A stretch of 64,000 nt of DNA from Callorhinchus milii (GCF_018977255.1 NW_024704743.1:26600001-26664000); one strand, 5' to 3'; positions 49,436-62,994 are shown, numbered from the stretch's first letter. Notes: a model not told the origin generated them from the letters alone. Made by a program: numbers and translations.

Positions 49436-51552
49436 TCTGTTGGTAAATATAAACCCTGCTACAGTTGAATAAACAAAACAACAAGCTGCTCAAGGAAGGA
49501 TGGCCACAAATTGCCAATTAGAGTTTGAAAGGAAAGGTCATATTTTACACAGAATTCTTTCATTCAAATAAAAAATATTTTGGGAGGTGGGAGTGTTCTG
49601 GAGGGATAAGATAAGAACATAAGAACAGTTGAGCTGAAGAGCCTTCTTTATTGAAACAAATCCTGTGATCTAGTGATCTTGTGATGTTTCAGATTCCCAG
49701 CTGACCCAGATTGATTAATTCTGAATACACGTCAATACATGGGAATCAAAGTATTGCCCATGGAGCAAACCTGGCCTTCTCAGTTTTGCCTTCAACCCTT
49801 TTTGACGTGTTAAACACTTCCAAGAGGTATTCTTTGAGATGCCTTCTCTCAAGACTTAGGATCCTGGTCAGTCACCAACCAATTTATATTTGTAAAGCAA
49901 GTAGATCTTGTGAAACACTTTGAAATGCCCTCATGAAAAGCACTGTATCAAATGTAAGGATTATTGTTATAATTATCATAAAATAATGGTCAAGTATTGC
50001 CTCAATTAAGGGTGAATTTCATTAATTTAAAGCAATTTTTAAAATTATAAATCTGTACATTGTATCTTTCTATCTCTCTATCACTGTAGCTGCCATTACG
50101 CAGATGAGAATATTTAATATCTTGAAACTTTAAATAAGGGTGAAGGCTATCCATTTTATAGTCCTATTTGTAATTATTATTTTATGACAGCTGTCAGTGT
50201 GTACAGTACTTGCAGAAGCAGGAAGATTAAAGTTCACACAATGTGGAACCAAACTGTCTGTGATAAAGATCTGGCACTAAAATATTGATTGAGATATGTA
50301 AAAATTGTTACCTAGGTTCATGTCTTTGCCTTCCTGTGTGTCAAAACTCATCTGCTACTCCATAGCAGCAACTTATGAATTCTGACATTTTTAATATTGA
50401 TTTACATAGGGACCCGGTTTTATGTAGTGGTGGAGAAGATAGGCGGATAACATTTTCTAACCAAGGATATGCAACACTGGATGAGAAATTAGCTGGCATT
50501 CCAAGTTTGACAATGGTGGTAAGAAAGGATTCAGAGGAACATCTTATAGTTTGTGTGTTTGTATGTGGAAGGGGAGTTACCTGCTGTTTTCCAGTTTATC
50601 AGATATACATGATAATTATTTTTTCTTAAGTCTCCAATAATTAATAAGGATAATTCATGTGTATGTTTCAGTAGACAATACAATCTGATATCCACATTAC
50701 AGATGTATTGATCTGGTTTGCAAAAGCTGAGCTTTGACATCTTGAAATGATTGAGTTTGCAAGTAATAATCTATAAGGTCCTTGGGCAAACTTTTAGACA
50801 TTTGAATCAAGAATCAAATTTCCTTGGCAAGAGGCAAAAGAACTAAAAAAACCCAGAGGTCAATCTGTGCAAACTGCTAAGGAGGACAGCGAGAAAAGCT
50901 CAGATATTTTTAATGCCTGTCACTTTTCATTACAAGCAGCTTGTAGATGGCATCATCAGCCTTCTGTGGTGGCTGCAAGACTGGTGTGAGTCTCTGAAGC
51001 ACAGGGGACTATAGTGAGCCAGAGTAATAAGTCTGTGCAACAGGACTTCTGAGACAGGAAACATTATGTTGCAAGGGAAAGTTATTCATGTTGACTGCCA
51101 AACTAAAAAAGTCTTTGCTTATTAATAAGTGAGTGGCCTGAGTCCAACAAGCATAACACAATGCCATTTTGTTGTGTCCTGACATTTAATCACTTGTAAT
51201 GAGGCAGTTCGCTGTTTTGGTCTGCTGAAGCTATCAATTCAGATATCAAATTTATTTAATATACATTACAAAAACAGTTACTGCAAAACTAAAATTTGCA
51301 ATCATTGAGCTTATTGAACTATGGAAAAACTAGAAGCAAAAAAAATGGAGATTTGGAAATCTCATTCTTCAGATGAGGCAGTAATCCATGGTCCTGTCTG
51401 CCTGTCTAGGTGAACGAGAAGATTCCAATGGCACCCTTTAAAAAAAAATAGTGTCCTGATCAATAACTCCCCAGGTAAAATAGCTCATTCACTTTATGAT
51501 TGTTTGTGGGGATTGCTATGCGCAAATTAGTCGCTGCGCTCCCCTATAAAGA

Positions 51553-51889
51553 TAATAATAATAATAATTCTTGCCTTTGATATCGACATCTCAAAGCGTT
51601 TCACAGAATAAACTGTAACATGTATATTTTGTGGGCAAAATGCAGCAGCCAATTGCACACAGCAGTGTCCCACAAACAGTCATGGATTGGAGTGATCATT
51701 TTTTTTTAAGGAATTATTACCCTCGGAGAAGTGATCCACCAAATCGACTAACAAGTGGGTTCCTATTTACTGCTTGGTAAACAGGCATGTGGAGTAAGGA
51801 AACTTGCCCAATATTTTGCCCTGCCCGGACTCGAACCCAGGTGTCTCGCTTGCGAGGCAATTGTTCTAACCACTGAGCTACAGGATTCC
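51553..51889 (-). mobile_element. Full-length tRNA-derived SINE (long variant) inside an older + Deu-SINE (about 51375-52008)
   Basis: The host breaks at cccctataaagat and resumes acagtcagtagacttcacagtaaatcctgtgaag. Confidence 0.88.
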
Positions 51890-54061
51890 ACAGTCAGTAG
51901 ACTTCACAGTAAATCCTGTGAAGTTCTTACCTTTACATTGGATAGAGGGTCTTTCACTTCAGGAAGACATCTCAAAGACACTTTATCCAATGTAAGGATT
52001 ATTATTCTAATAAAAAAGGCTATAAATTTATTATTGTTCAAATCCTATTTGCAAACAGAAGACACCAGTTCAAATTATAACACATATGCACTGTTTTGGT
52101 CCATATTTGAATGATTTGAAGCCTGAATTGTCAAGGAAGGCTCTCATTCAGTGTGCATTGAAACAGTGCTGTTTTCACCAATTTCTTGGACCTGCATCTT
52201 TTAAATAGGCAGTCAGAACGCTGCTTTGCCCAGCTCTTTCTATCCATGTCCTGTAAAACTGGCTGCAATCGCTGTTGAGGGTTGCCACACATATGACTCA
52301 TGCTGTCACTGACAGTTGTTTGATTGCAAAAGCAAACCTCAACTTGCTCCTGACGTAATATTTCATTTGCGGGGGATTATTATTATTATTTTATTATTAT
52401 ATCCATCCACAAAGTATATAGACGTCCTATTTTAATAATGCCTTGATCAATATTGTGTTCACATCTGAATTCATTAATAAAGGAAATTGATTTGGTGTTC
52501 CATTACTTTTTTATGGCACTTTATTGAAGCAGATTAGTTTGGGTATTTGCCAAGCTTCAAATTCACACAGAGTAAAACATTGTAACACTGCATGAAGGGT
52601 TAAGGCACTAAAATCAAATGCTTGTATGAGCATGGATGAACATAAAGGGTTATCCATCCTAGATTACTATTCTTCATAGCTAAAAATGTAACAAGCACCT
52701 TTCTGCGGGCTCAAGAAAAGTCAAGGACAATATAAAGGTTCTCTATAGCATGGAAACAATTCCTTTATGTTCTGGGCTATACTGATCCATTCACTAAGTT
52801 TAACAAGTTTGAAAATCACTAATTCAGGTTTTAATTATGGATAAAATTTGCAGTTTAAAATTAAATTCCCATATACTCCAGTTATCTATAACTGTGTAAT
52901 TATAACTCGTGCTAGGGACAGAACACGTCAAAGATTTGCTGCATAAATTGAGTTGTGCAGAACAATCCTTCCCTCCAGTGCCTAATGAAAATTGAATAGC
53001 TAACAGGTTATATTAAAGGACAAATTGGAAAATAAAACAATCAAATGCACAAATATTATTGTTGAGAACTGACACCAATTGAAAAAAATAGCTATTGTCA
53101 ATCTGTGGCAGAAATCAGTCTATTAGCTTGTATAATTTTATGCCATTTAGCAAGCATTTCCTTCAACTCCAATTACCTCTCTTCCCTACAGTGACAATAT
53201 TGACCACTTGACCTTGCATTAAATGTTGATATTTTGATATTTGGCACAGAGTCTTCAATTTTGATGGCTTCCGCTGGGTTAGCTCTCAATGACAGCTTGA
53301 TGACTAATCTCTATTTGATTTAAATGCCAAAGGGCAGAGATGACAGTAGCTGCAATAACTTGAAGGCAAGCTCATCATCTGAACTGTGCTTTGAACAATA
53401 GGGCAGTAACTATATGAAGTGCTTTGGGGAAGTTTTATTCCAAAGATGAAGTAGTATCCTGTTAATTTATTAAAAAATCCTTTCCATTTTGGGAAAATAT
53501 CTAGGTTGCGCAATGCAAATGAAATTGAATGATTTCAATGCTGATGCATTTATACAAACTATTAAGATTGTGCACGCTCAGAGAACTTAATTTGCGTATT
53601 GATTTATTGAATTGATCCATCAATAATTTCCCCTAGGCTCTTTTGACTCTCATGAGTTCCTACATAAGACCTCTGTTCTGCTAATTTTCATCTTATTCTA
53701 TTATTTTCATTCAGAATTTATTACATTGAATGTGTTTTTATTAAAGGGGAAGTTAATCCTTGTTAGAAAATAATCCAGTTCTTTGCTGTTTTAAACTGGA
53801 TAATGAGATGCTGGAGGAAAAACAAGTGGGAAGCATAAAACTGAGCTAAGATTGCACTAACAAGCCTCCATAAAATTAGAGCTGCAAAGATTAGGAAGTC
53901 CTCATTTACCAAGGCAATCTTGCGCTGTGAGGAAAGTGTCTTATCCCTGAATATTTTGACACTTGATATAGCGCCTTATCAAGACATCTCAAAGTGCTTC
54001 ACAGGATGTACTGTAAAGTGGTGTGATCTGCGTATTTTGTATAGAAAATATCCCAGCTAAC

Positions 54062-54269
54062 CACAAAATAGCAGCATGGTGGATAGCCTAGCCTGAGCCA
54101 TTTGTGAAATTTGCTAAAATTGCAAAAAGATACATTTGGCTACCAGTGAACACAGCTGACGTTGAAAGGACATTTTCTGCTTATTCAGACTTAATTCAGA
54201 GTTAATAGACAAAGCCTAACAGAAGAAAATATAACAATTCTTTTCATGTTAAAATTTAACCAGCACTAA
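54062..54269 (+). pseudogene. hAT transposase C-terminal dimerisation-domain relic
   Basis: Hand translation: HKIAAWWIA*PEPFVKFAKIAKRYIWLPVNTADVERTFSAYSDLI, frameshift, RVNRQSLTEENITILFMLKFNQH*. Confidence 0.82.
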
Positions 54270-54804
54270 ACTTTTGGTTGAGAATATTTGTTTCTGTGAA
54301 ACTATGAAAATCTTAATTTTAATTAATTTCTCTGCAGACTGTGTTGAAACTGCACGTTTGCATCTTTTGAAAGGTGTTATGTTCTGTTTTTGTTAAAGAA
54401 AACATTAATACATTGTTTTTGTTCCCTATAATCTATGATGTGTTCTTTCTTCATGTTTAGTTTTTAAAAATGAGAAAAGAGAAAAACTGTAGGTCAGCAG
54501 CAAAATACATCTATCAATACCACCAATTAACAGCCACAATTTCCCACAAAAATTGTAAAATGCTCGGTAATATTTTTTGCAAATAGTTCCACACTTTTCA
54601 ATTTGCCCAGCTCATATTCCATCCATAGAAGGGCACCTCTAACAACAAGCACACACCTAGCACTACAATGGAGTATCAGCATGGACGGAACGGTTTCCAA
54701 GTCCCAATGTAGGGCTTCTGACTCCGAGGCGAGAGATCTAGCAATTGAGCCAGACTAACACACCTGCTTAAATGTTTAAACTACTCATTGTTTGAAGATG
54801 TCCA

Positions 54805-55345
54805 ACAATAGGGTTCACAAGATAGTATTTGGGCTGAAGGAACTTAGCTTTGATGAAAGGATCAGTAGACTGGGGCTAAGTCTATCACATTATAGGAGTT
54901 TAAGCAATGATTTAATTGAGGTGTTCAAAATGCTGAATGTAATTGACAATTTTGATAGTTAATAACTTAGTAGAGGGATCCATTACAAACAGGGCATAGT
55001 TTTAAAATCAGAACCAAAAGTTTTAGAAATGAGGACAGGAAACATTACAGTATAATCTGTGAAGCGCTTTGTGTTGTCTTGAAGACTTGATAAGGAGCTA
55101 TATCAAATGCTAGGATTATTATTGTTATTTCTTCACACAGAGAATGTGGAATGCTCTGCCCCAGAAAGCTACAGGGATGGAGTCAATTGGGAAGCTAAAA
55201 AAAAAGATAGACAGATACTTGAGAGGGTTGAAGAGGTTTGGCAAAAGGTGGGGCATTGGGAATAAAAGCTCTGCCAACATATAAAATTAGTGGAACATGC
55301 TTGATGGCTACAGAGTCTTCTCCTGTTCCTTTTTTGTATGTTAAC
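54805..55345 (+). mobile_element. Old CR1 3' fragment with a SINE tail at about 55046-55128
   Basis: ggttcacaagatag...tgatttaattgaggtgttcaaaat...aggaaacatt|SINE|tcttcacacagagaatgtggaatgctctgcccc. Confidence 0.8.
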
Positions 55346-56047
55346 ATGTTCCTATAATATATTGTAAAGCAATTGCAAAGTTGTAATCCAGTCTGGATGT
55401 TTAGATTCTTGAAGATTATGATATTCGGAAGGTCAAAATTGTTCATGACTTTTGACATAAGAGTTAAATGAACTGTTAAAATTTAAGATGCAAATTTTGG
55501 AAAACTCTTAATTTGGAAGCTGGTTTTCCACTGTTCTTTAAAAGTTAATTTTTTTCTGAATTATTTGGCCTTTTTTTATCTAGCCGATTTGTTTCACAGA
55601 TTAATGCTTTGTGTTTTATGAGATGAAAAGCAAGCTCATTTGATCTTATACTTACAGAATACAGAATACAAATTCCTCCAACTCTCTATTACAGCATCAA
55701 GCTGTTTCTTGAAATGCACTCAGTGTCCTAGCCTAAACAACGCGTCCTTGGTAACCTGTTCCAGTCATACCTGTTCAGCCTGTTGGGTTGCATAGTACCT
55801 CTGTAATACTACAAAGGTTTCAGATTGGAGATAAAATACTCTTAACAGGCTTTGTGAAAAAATTGGAAAGGATTACTTGGCCCTGTCCACAATGTTTGTT
55901 CCAAAGATAAAGAATTGCAGGCATAGACACAATGAGCCAATTTGCCTCCTTCTGTGTTCCAAATGTTCCATGATTCTTTAAGGCCCAGTAGCAATATGGA
56001 CTTTGTTTGATGAATACAGGATATAAACACAGATTTCAGCACAGATA

Positions 56048-56160
56048 TAAAAAAGACAGATGCTGAAAATCTGAAATGAAAACAGAAATTGCTGGAAATC
56101 GACAGGAAATCAGGAAGGGAAAGATACATTAATTCTTTGGGTATGATCTTTTATCAGAAC
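56048..56160 (-). mobile_element. Degenerate Penelope-like 3' end
   Basis: cagatgctgaaaatctgaaatgaaaacagaaattgctggaaa...tgatcttttatcagaac aligns with the reverse of 36218-36332. Confidence 0.6.
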
Positions 56161-57369
56161 AACATGCACCTTTCCATCTGCATTTCTGAGGTGTATAGTA
56201 TAAACTATTTGGAAGCCGTGCAGGTGAAGTAGCTTTAGATTGCCTTCTCTCATTTAACGGTGGATCCATTTTTTTTCTCTCCAAAAAGCCTCTTTCCTGG
56301 TGCACATTGTTAACTGCATTATATTTCCTGTCACTCAGTAAGATAGCTTTCCGTGGCTGGGCTCTACTCGCTCAACACAATGGAGGTCACTGCTACATTC
56401 CAATCCGTCAGTCAACGTAAACCCACACCAGTTGAATCTTCGGATGAGAGGAAAAGGTCAGCGATTTCTTGTTAACTTCTTTGGAAAGTTTCTTCCAGAA
56501 TCTTTAATCAAGATTTTCAATCTGTTGACCTGGTAATTCACGTAACCTACTCTTTCTAGCTATGGTTAGATGGAAGTTTGCTGAATAAAAGTTTGAAAAT
56601 AAGGTGTGCTATTAGCATTGCAATCACTAATAAAGAGAATGAAATAAAGATGTAACAGTCATATTTTGGAGAAATGTAGGTCAAGTTCAGTTATTCACAT
56701 TCAACCAAGCAGCAGTCCTTGTGATTGTATAGCAGAGACCACATACAGCAGCAAGTAAAATCCAATTAATTTTTAAAGACCGGTGTCCAACAGGAAATTA
56801 TGCACAGACATCCAGTGAGAAGATAAATGCACTCCTCTCCCATAGATACCACAAAGGTGCAGGAATTGAATCATGGCAAATTCAGTACAATCATTAAATT
56901 CACTGTTCCTGTTCAGGACAACAGGATGTTTCCTGTTCATAATAGATTTGAGACGACAATTAATACATTGGTCCTGAAACGACACAATTTTCTATCAATT
57001 CTTAATTTCCTGGCTCTAGACATCCTTAGGACTGATGCCCTCCTTCCCCACCCCTGCCCTCTGCACAATAGTTAGACTTGAAGATACGTCCCTTCTGCTG
57101 CTGTTCCTGTTCAAAAAAATTAGCATTTTAAATGCAGCTAAAAAGAGAATACCAGCTATACTCATTCAAAGTCCTATGAAGCAGCATTCAGTTACTGGTT
57201 CCTGATTCGAGAACAAAAGTCTGACCAGCTGTTAGCATGGGCTAAGGGAGGGAGGGGTGGAAAGGATATGTTCAACTTTCCCGATTGCTCATTCTCCAGC
57301 TCACGTTGCCAATATGAAATTCTATTTTTTTTCAACCCTTAGCTCTTCTTTAAGTCTTTCATTTGGTCC

Positions 57370-57800
57370 TTGAACAAGTCTGCTTTTTTCCATTTCTGCA
57401 ACATCACCCATCTTCACTTCTACCTTACTCCCAAGCAGCTGAAACCCTCATTCACATCTTTGTCGCTTCTAGAATTGACTTCTCTCTCGCCTGCTTGCTG
57501 GCCTCCCAAGCTATATCCTCCACATTGCAATAAATGGGTAGGATCCTGCTGTTAGACATGGTGCAATATTTGTAGTCGTTAGGATTATCCCTTCCCCTTG
57601 CTCCCTCTCTTGCCTCCTTCAAGGCATGACTCAAGACCTCCTTTTCGACTGTGCCTTCAGCCGCCCTCCTGCCTCGCTGGCCTCCCTCATCCCAAAACTG
57701 CCCCATTATGCTCGGGTCCTGATCCCCGACTGTTCAGCGCCTTGGGATGTCCTTCTGATATGAAAGGCGTTTTACAAATGTAATTTTGTTGTTGTTGTTA
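57370..57800 (+). mobile_element. L2 fragments
   Basis: SAFFHFCNITHLHFYLTP...gctgaaaccctcattcac, then a 3' UTR with a (TTG)n tail. Confidence 0.85.
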
Positions 57801-58419
57801 TAAAGTGGGAAGCGGTGGCCTTCTGGCAAACATTGTTTCTTTACATATGTTTATGAATGGAGTCATGCCAGACTATGCAGCACACTATATTATTGGATAC
57901 ATGAGCAGAGTTGTGAAGGATGTGGATAACCAGCACCTGGATTTGAGGTGGCCAGATAGACAAGAGAGCAAGATGGGGAGTCACATAAAAGATAAGGGGA
58001 TAGAATTCCATCTGTTCCCATCGGCACAGACTTTCAAAAGGAATAGTGGATTATGAATAAAACCTGCAAATGAGATACTAAGCAGTTTGTGGGCTGTTTT
58101 GCAGAAGGCACAATCCTGGCTGAATAAGGTTTAATTGTTGGAACAAGCTTGTTAAAATGAAAACAAGATTGCAAAATGCATTTCAGATGTATGGAGTTAA
58201 GCACCAAGTGCTTAGAAAGTGCCAGAATAGTTAGTGAACTTCACAATTTCAGTCAAACTGCATTACAAATTTTAGCATAGCACAACCACCTCAGATTTCT
58301 GAATGCCGGATTCTCAACCCCTGGAAAGATCCAGCTCATTGAGTAATAGTAGCTAGGATAATCTGAACAAGTTTTGTTTTCTTTATTAGGAACAAATGCT
58401 GAGATTATTACTGCATTAT

Positions 58420-59400
58420 CAACAACAACAACAACAAATTACATTTGTATAGCGCCTTTCACATTGGGGGGGCGTCCCAAGGTGCTGGAGGGCAGGGAAG
58501 GTAAGGGTAGGAGGGTGGCCGAAGGTGCCATCGAAGAGGAGGATCTTGAAATGTGCTTTGAAAGAGGCAAAGGAGGAACAAGACAAAGAGTTCCAAAGGA
58601 TAGGGCCTGAGATGCTGAAGGCCCACCTGCAGATGGTAGGGTGGGCCGGATGGGGAAGTGAAGAAGTCCAGGACCTGCTGAGCGAAGGGAGCGGACAGGT
58701 TGATATGGCTCAGCAGGTCACAGAGGTAAGAAGGAGCAAGGTCATGGAGGATCTTGAAAGCGAAGATGAGGATTTTGAACTCTATCCTCTGGGGGATGGG
58801 AAGCCAATGGAGCCAAGCAACATTGGGGGCGATAGGGTCATGGAGTTTGGTGCAGGAGAGGACATGAGCTGCAGAGCTCTGAATGATCTGTAGCTTGTGG
58901 AGGGAAGAGTTGGGAAGGCTAACAAGCAGGGAGTTGCCATAGTTGAACCAAGATGTGATAAATGCAAGGATGAGGGTTTCAGCGGCCTGAAGGGAGAGGC
59001 AGTGGCAGAGCCGGGCGATCTTACAGAGGTGGGGGAAGACAGAGCGGGTCATCACATGGATGTGGGGGAGAAAGGACAGTTGAGGGTCAAAAAGATGCCA
59101 AGGTTTTGGACTGGCTTAATAAGGTGGAGTGTGCATCCTTGGATGGTAATGCTGTCAGCGCCTGAGGCGCAGGAAAGCCTCGGTCTTGTTGACATTCAAC
59201 TATAGAAAGTTAGCTCTCATCCAGGACTTGATGTCAGGACAGAGGTGGTCCTGGAGTCAAGGGTGGAGGCAGAGAGAAAGAATTGGGTGTCATCCGCATA
59301 CATGTGAAAGTTGACACCATGTCTTTCGTTGATATCACCAAGAGGGAGCATATTCATGTTGAAGAGAAGAGGGCCAAGGACAGAGCTCTGAGGAACACCA
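58420..59400 (-). mobile_element. 5'-truncated L2 LINE
   Basis: [57 protein letters not shown]. Confidence 0.96.
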
Positions 59401-59639
59401 TCCTGGTATGTCAGTTGACACTTGGCTTGAACTATTTCCAATTATATTTTCTGTTGATAAAATACATTCTGCCAGTGAACTTGTGTTGAAACCATCTAAT
59501 TTCCAATGAGACTAAACATGAAAGGGAAATAGAAGAGCCATTAACACAATACAATTCACCAGCAGCTCACAATCCACAGCATTTATAAGTGGTGTATTTG
59601 GCTATAAGTATTGTCAGCTAATTTATACTTACAAGAACC

Positions 59640-59945
59640 TTCATAGAATTACATAGGATGTTACAGCATCAAAACAGGTCATTCAGCTCAATTAGTCGTT
59701 GGTGTTTATGACCCACATAAGTCTCCAACAGCCCGATCCTCTCTTTTGTCCCCTACAATTCCCTTCTCTTTCATCTATGCATTGTTTTCTCTTAAATATA
59801 TTGTTTTTTTTCACTTTAATCACAGCTTCCAGCAGTGATTTTCACATTCGCACCAACTACTACCTAAAGAAGCTCCTTCTAAACTTAATTTAGATCTTCT
59901 ACTGACCACCGTATATTTATGCCCCTTGTTTTTTTCTCACCAACT
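59640..59945 (-). mobile_element. CR1 3' fragment
   Basis: catagaattacataggatgttacagcatcaaaacaggtcattcagctcaa...tttcacattcgcacca. Confidence 0.65.
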
Positions 59946-60589
59946 AAGTGTGCCCTAACCAACCAACCCCTAATCCGTAAGTATCTCTTTCTATACAGTC
60001 TTGAATTCATCCCAATAGCTTACCCCTTTGATCTTCTTGTCTGTTTGCTTAGTCCTTCTATCTGCGATTTTCTGAGATTTTCCATTTTGATATTTCTCCT
60101 CTTCTCTGGTCTCTTCCACTTTCCTTTTTTTTATTCTTAACTTCAACATTCCTCATCTCTTGATGAACAAAAAGACTGAGGGTCTTCTCTAGTACATCTA
60201 CTAGCATCTCTCCTGCACTCTAGTTTAAATGAAACATAAGTGCGGCTTTTAGATTGTGTACCATTGATTTAGCTCCCCACTTTAATTAAGTTCAGTATAA
60301 ACCATTCTACCTAAAAAAAAGTTCCCCATTTATTTACCTAATCAACATCAACAATAACAACTTGTATTTATGTAGTCTTTCATGTTGGGTTACTCAATTT
60401 CTTCCTGCAAACACACAACGTTCCTATCTATTCATTGAAATTAATCATCCTGCTGCTGCTTTCCATACTCCCGATAATACATCAATAGCAACTTTCATTT
60501 ATAGAGCATCCTTCATGTGGGATGCTCCTTCATCCTTCAGTCAAATAACACCATCATTGCACCTTTTTCTTTAAACCTGTTCAACAACC

Positions 60590-61700
60590 CCATATACAAT
60601 ACCAACAACTTGGATTTATATAGCGCCCTCCATGCCGGACGGCATCTCAGTGTGCTTCACAGTAACGGATCCCGGGGCCGAGCCGGGGGGAGGGGGAGGA
60701 AGGTGACCAAAGGCGTGGTCGAAAAGAAAGGTCTTCAGCTGAGGCGTGAAAATAGGAAGAGAGGGGACGAGGCAAAGGGAGTGAGGAAGGGAATTCCAGA
60801 GCCTCGGGGCGTAATGGCTGTCGAGGGTGGAGCGGAGGACTTGGGGGACAAGTAGGAGGCCAGACCCGGTGGAACGAAGGCAACAGGCACTGTTTTGAGG
60901 AGAGAGGATGTCAGAGAGGTAGGGGGGGTGTAGAGGAGTGGAGGGATTTGAAGACAAATGTGAGGATCTTGAAGTCGATCCTCTCTAGGACAGATAGCCA
61001 GTGCAGTCTGGCAAGGATTAGGGTAATCGGGGAGCTGAGTTTAGTGCGGGTGAGAATGCTGGTGGCAGAGTTTCGCATGACCTGGATTCTATGGATGGTA
61101 GTGGAAAGGAAACCGGCGAGGAAGGTATTTGAATAGTCCAGCCGAGAGGTGGCAAAGGCATGGACCAGGGTTTCAGTGGCTTTCGGAATGAGGTATTGGC
61201 GGAGACGGGTGATGCGTCGGAGGTGGAAGAAGGCGGTGCTGGTGAGGGACCAGATGTGGGGGAAGAAGGATAATTGGGGATCGAACCTGATGCCTAGGTT
61301 GCGTACGGGTTCGGAGAGTTTTACAGGGAGGTCAGGTAGGTGGAGGAGGTGAGAACCGTGTGGTTTTAGACATTGACGAGAACCAAAGAGTATGGCTTCT
61401 GTCTTGTCAACGTTCAGCTGAAGGAAATTTGCGCTTATCCAGCTCCTGAGATCTGACAGGCAGGGTGACAGAACATCAGGGGACTGGGGGTCGAAAAGTG
61501 AGGTCGAAAAATAGAGTTGGGTGTTGTCCGCATACATGTGGAAATGTACCCCATGTCTGCGGATGACATCCCCAAGAGGGAGCATGTAGATCAGAAAGAG
61601 GAGGGGGGCCAAGGATCAATCCTTGGGGTAACCTGCAGGCAACTGGGTGAGAGCGGGAGGAGAAGCCTTTTGTGTAGATGTACCGCTGGCGGTTCGTGAG
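60590..61700 (-). mobile_element. 5'-truncated L2 LINE, distinct subfamily
   Basis: [72 protein letters not shown]. Tail (TTG)/(TTGTA). Confidence 0.96.
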
Positions 61701-62994
61701 GTTTTCGTTCTTTAGCTCCTTTCAGCCTCCACCCGTAAAATAATTGGATTTACTCTCTCTCCCTTCATTATCCCATCCATTCTAACTTTCATAACCCTGA
61801 TAGTATCGCTGTTTGTGAGGGTTCAAGTGTAGGTCTTACATGACTAAAGGAACAATCACAAACTTATTAAAGGCACCAGCATGCTTTATCTCATTTGTTT
61901 GTGTTTCATTATTGGCCAAGCCAAACTGAACACAAATGAATGAAATAAACCATTCTGGGGTGTTTTTATTAATAATGAGTTTGCGATCAATTGCCATAAT
62001 AGCCAGGGCTATTACACTCCACTGTGCACTTGCCATGCAAGCTGCATACACATTAGCTGTTGATATTATCTAACCCCCAAATGGCTTTATCCTCTATACA
62101 TGCAGGTTTGACACAATAGTGTAAAGGAATTGTCCTAGAAAAAGTTGCAATAAATTGGAATTCATTAAAATGCGTATCTACATATCTACATATTTGCAAT
62201 ATTTAATAACAGACTTTTTATTAAGCCATTTTTAATGAAGATTATTAAATATTCGTTTTTCAATTTTTGTAACATTGAATGTGCTGAAAGTGCATTCAGC
62301 ATTTCTGCATTTTCAATATTTTAGACTTTTGAATAATTACACATTTCCTGTTAAGAAATCCTTTAAGAATTCGCATAAATTAGACCCCATTTCAAATATA
62401 TAGGTATATCAACAGTAAAGGCAATCTGAAATGGAAGCGTTTTTTGTTGATCCTTGGTTAAACCAAAAAATAATGACTGATGTGCTGTGTTTACTCTCCT
62501 GTCAGGCTGAGGAAATGTAAGACTAAAGGTCAAGTCATTCAATCTCTGAGCCCATCTATAGTTTGAAGCAGAGTGCTCCCAAAGTCCACTATTAGCATTT
62601 GATCTTATTTAAAACTTATTTTTGTATTTTCTAGGACTTTTTAAAAAAAAACTTTTTAGGGTTAAAGCATTGAAACAAAAGACAGTTGACAGTAACACAA
62701 GGAAATTATTCTGTTTCAATCATTTACCTAATGGTACCCTGTATGTTAGGTTTTCTGTGATGACAGAAAGACGGATGATAAGAGGCACACTTCCAGTCCA
62801 ATACTTACTGAAGAATTAATGTAATTTAAAAATGAATCCAAAGGGAAAGTTTATTTTGTTGAGCAAGTGAACAGTTATAGAGATTATGAAGTGAGAAATA
62901 TAACTACGTCACATTGGTTTGATTGTCCTGCTGGTTTCACTTGAAGATGTAATTGTAAAGGCACCCTTATCTTGTTTGAAAACACATATATTTT

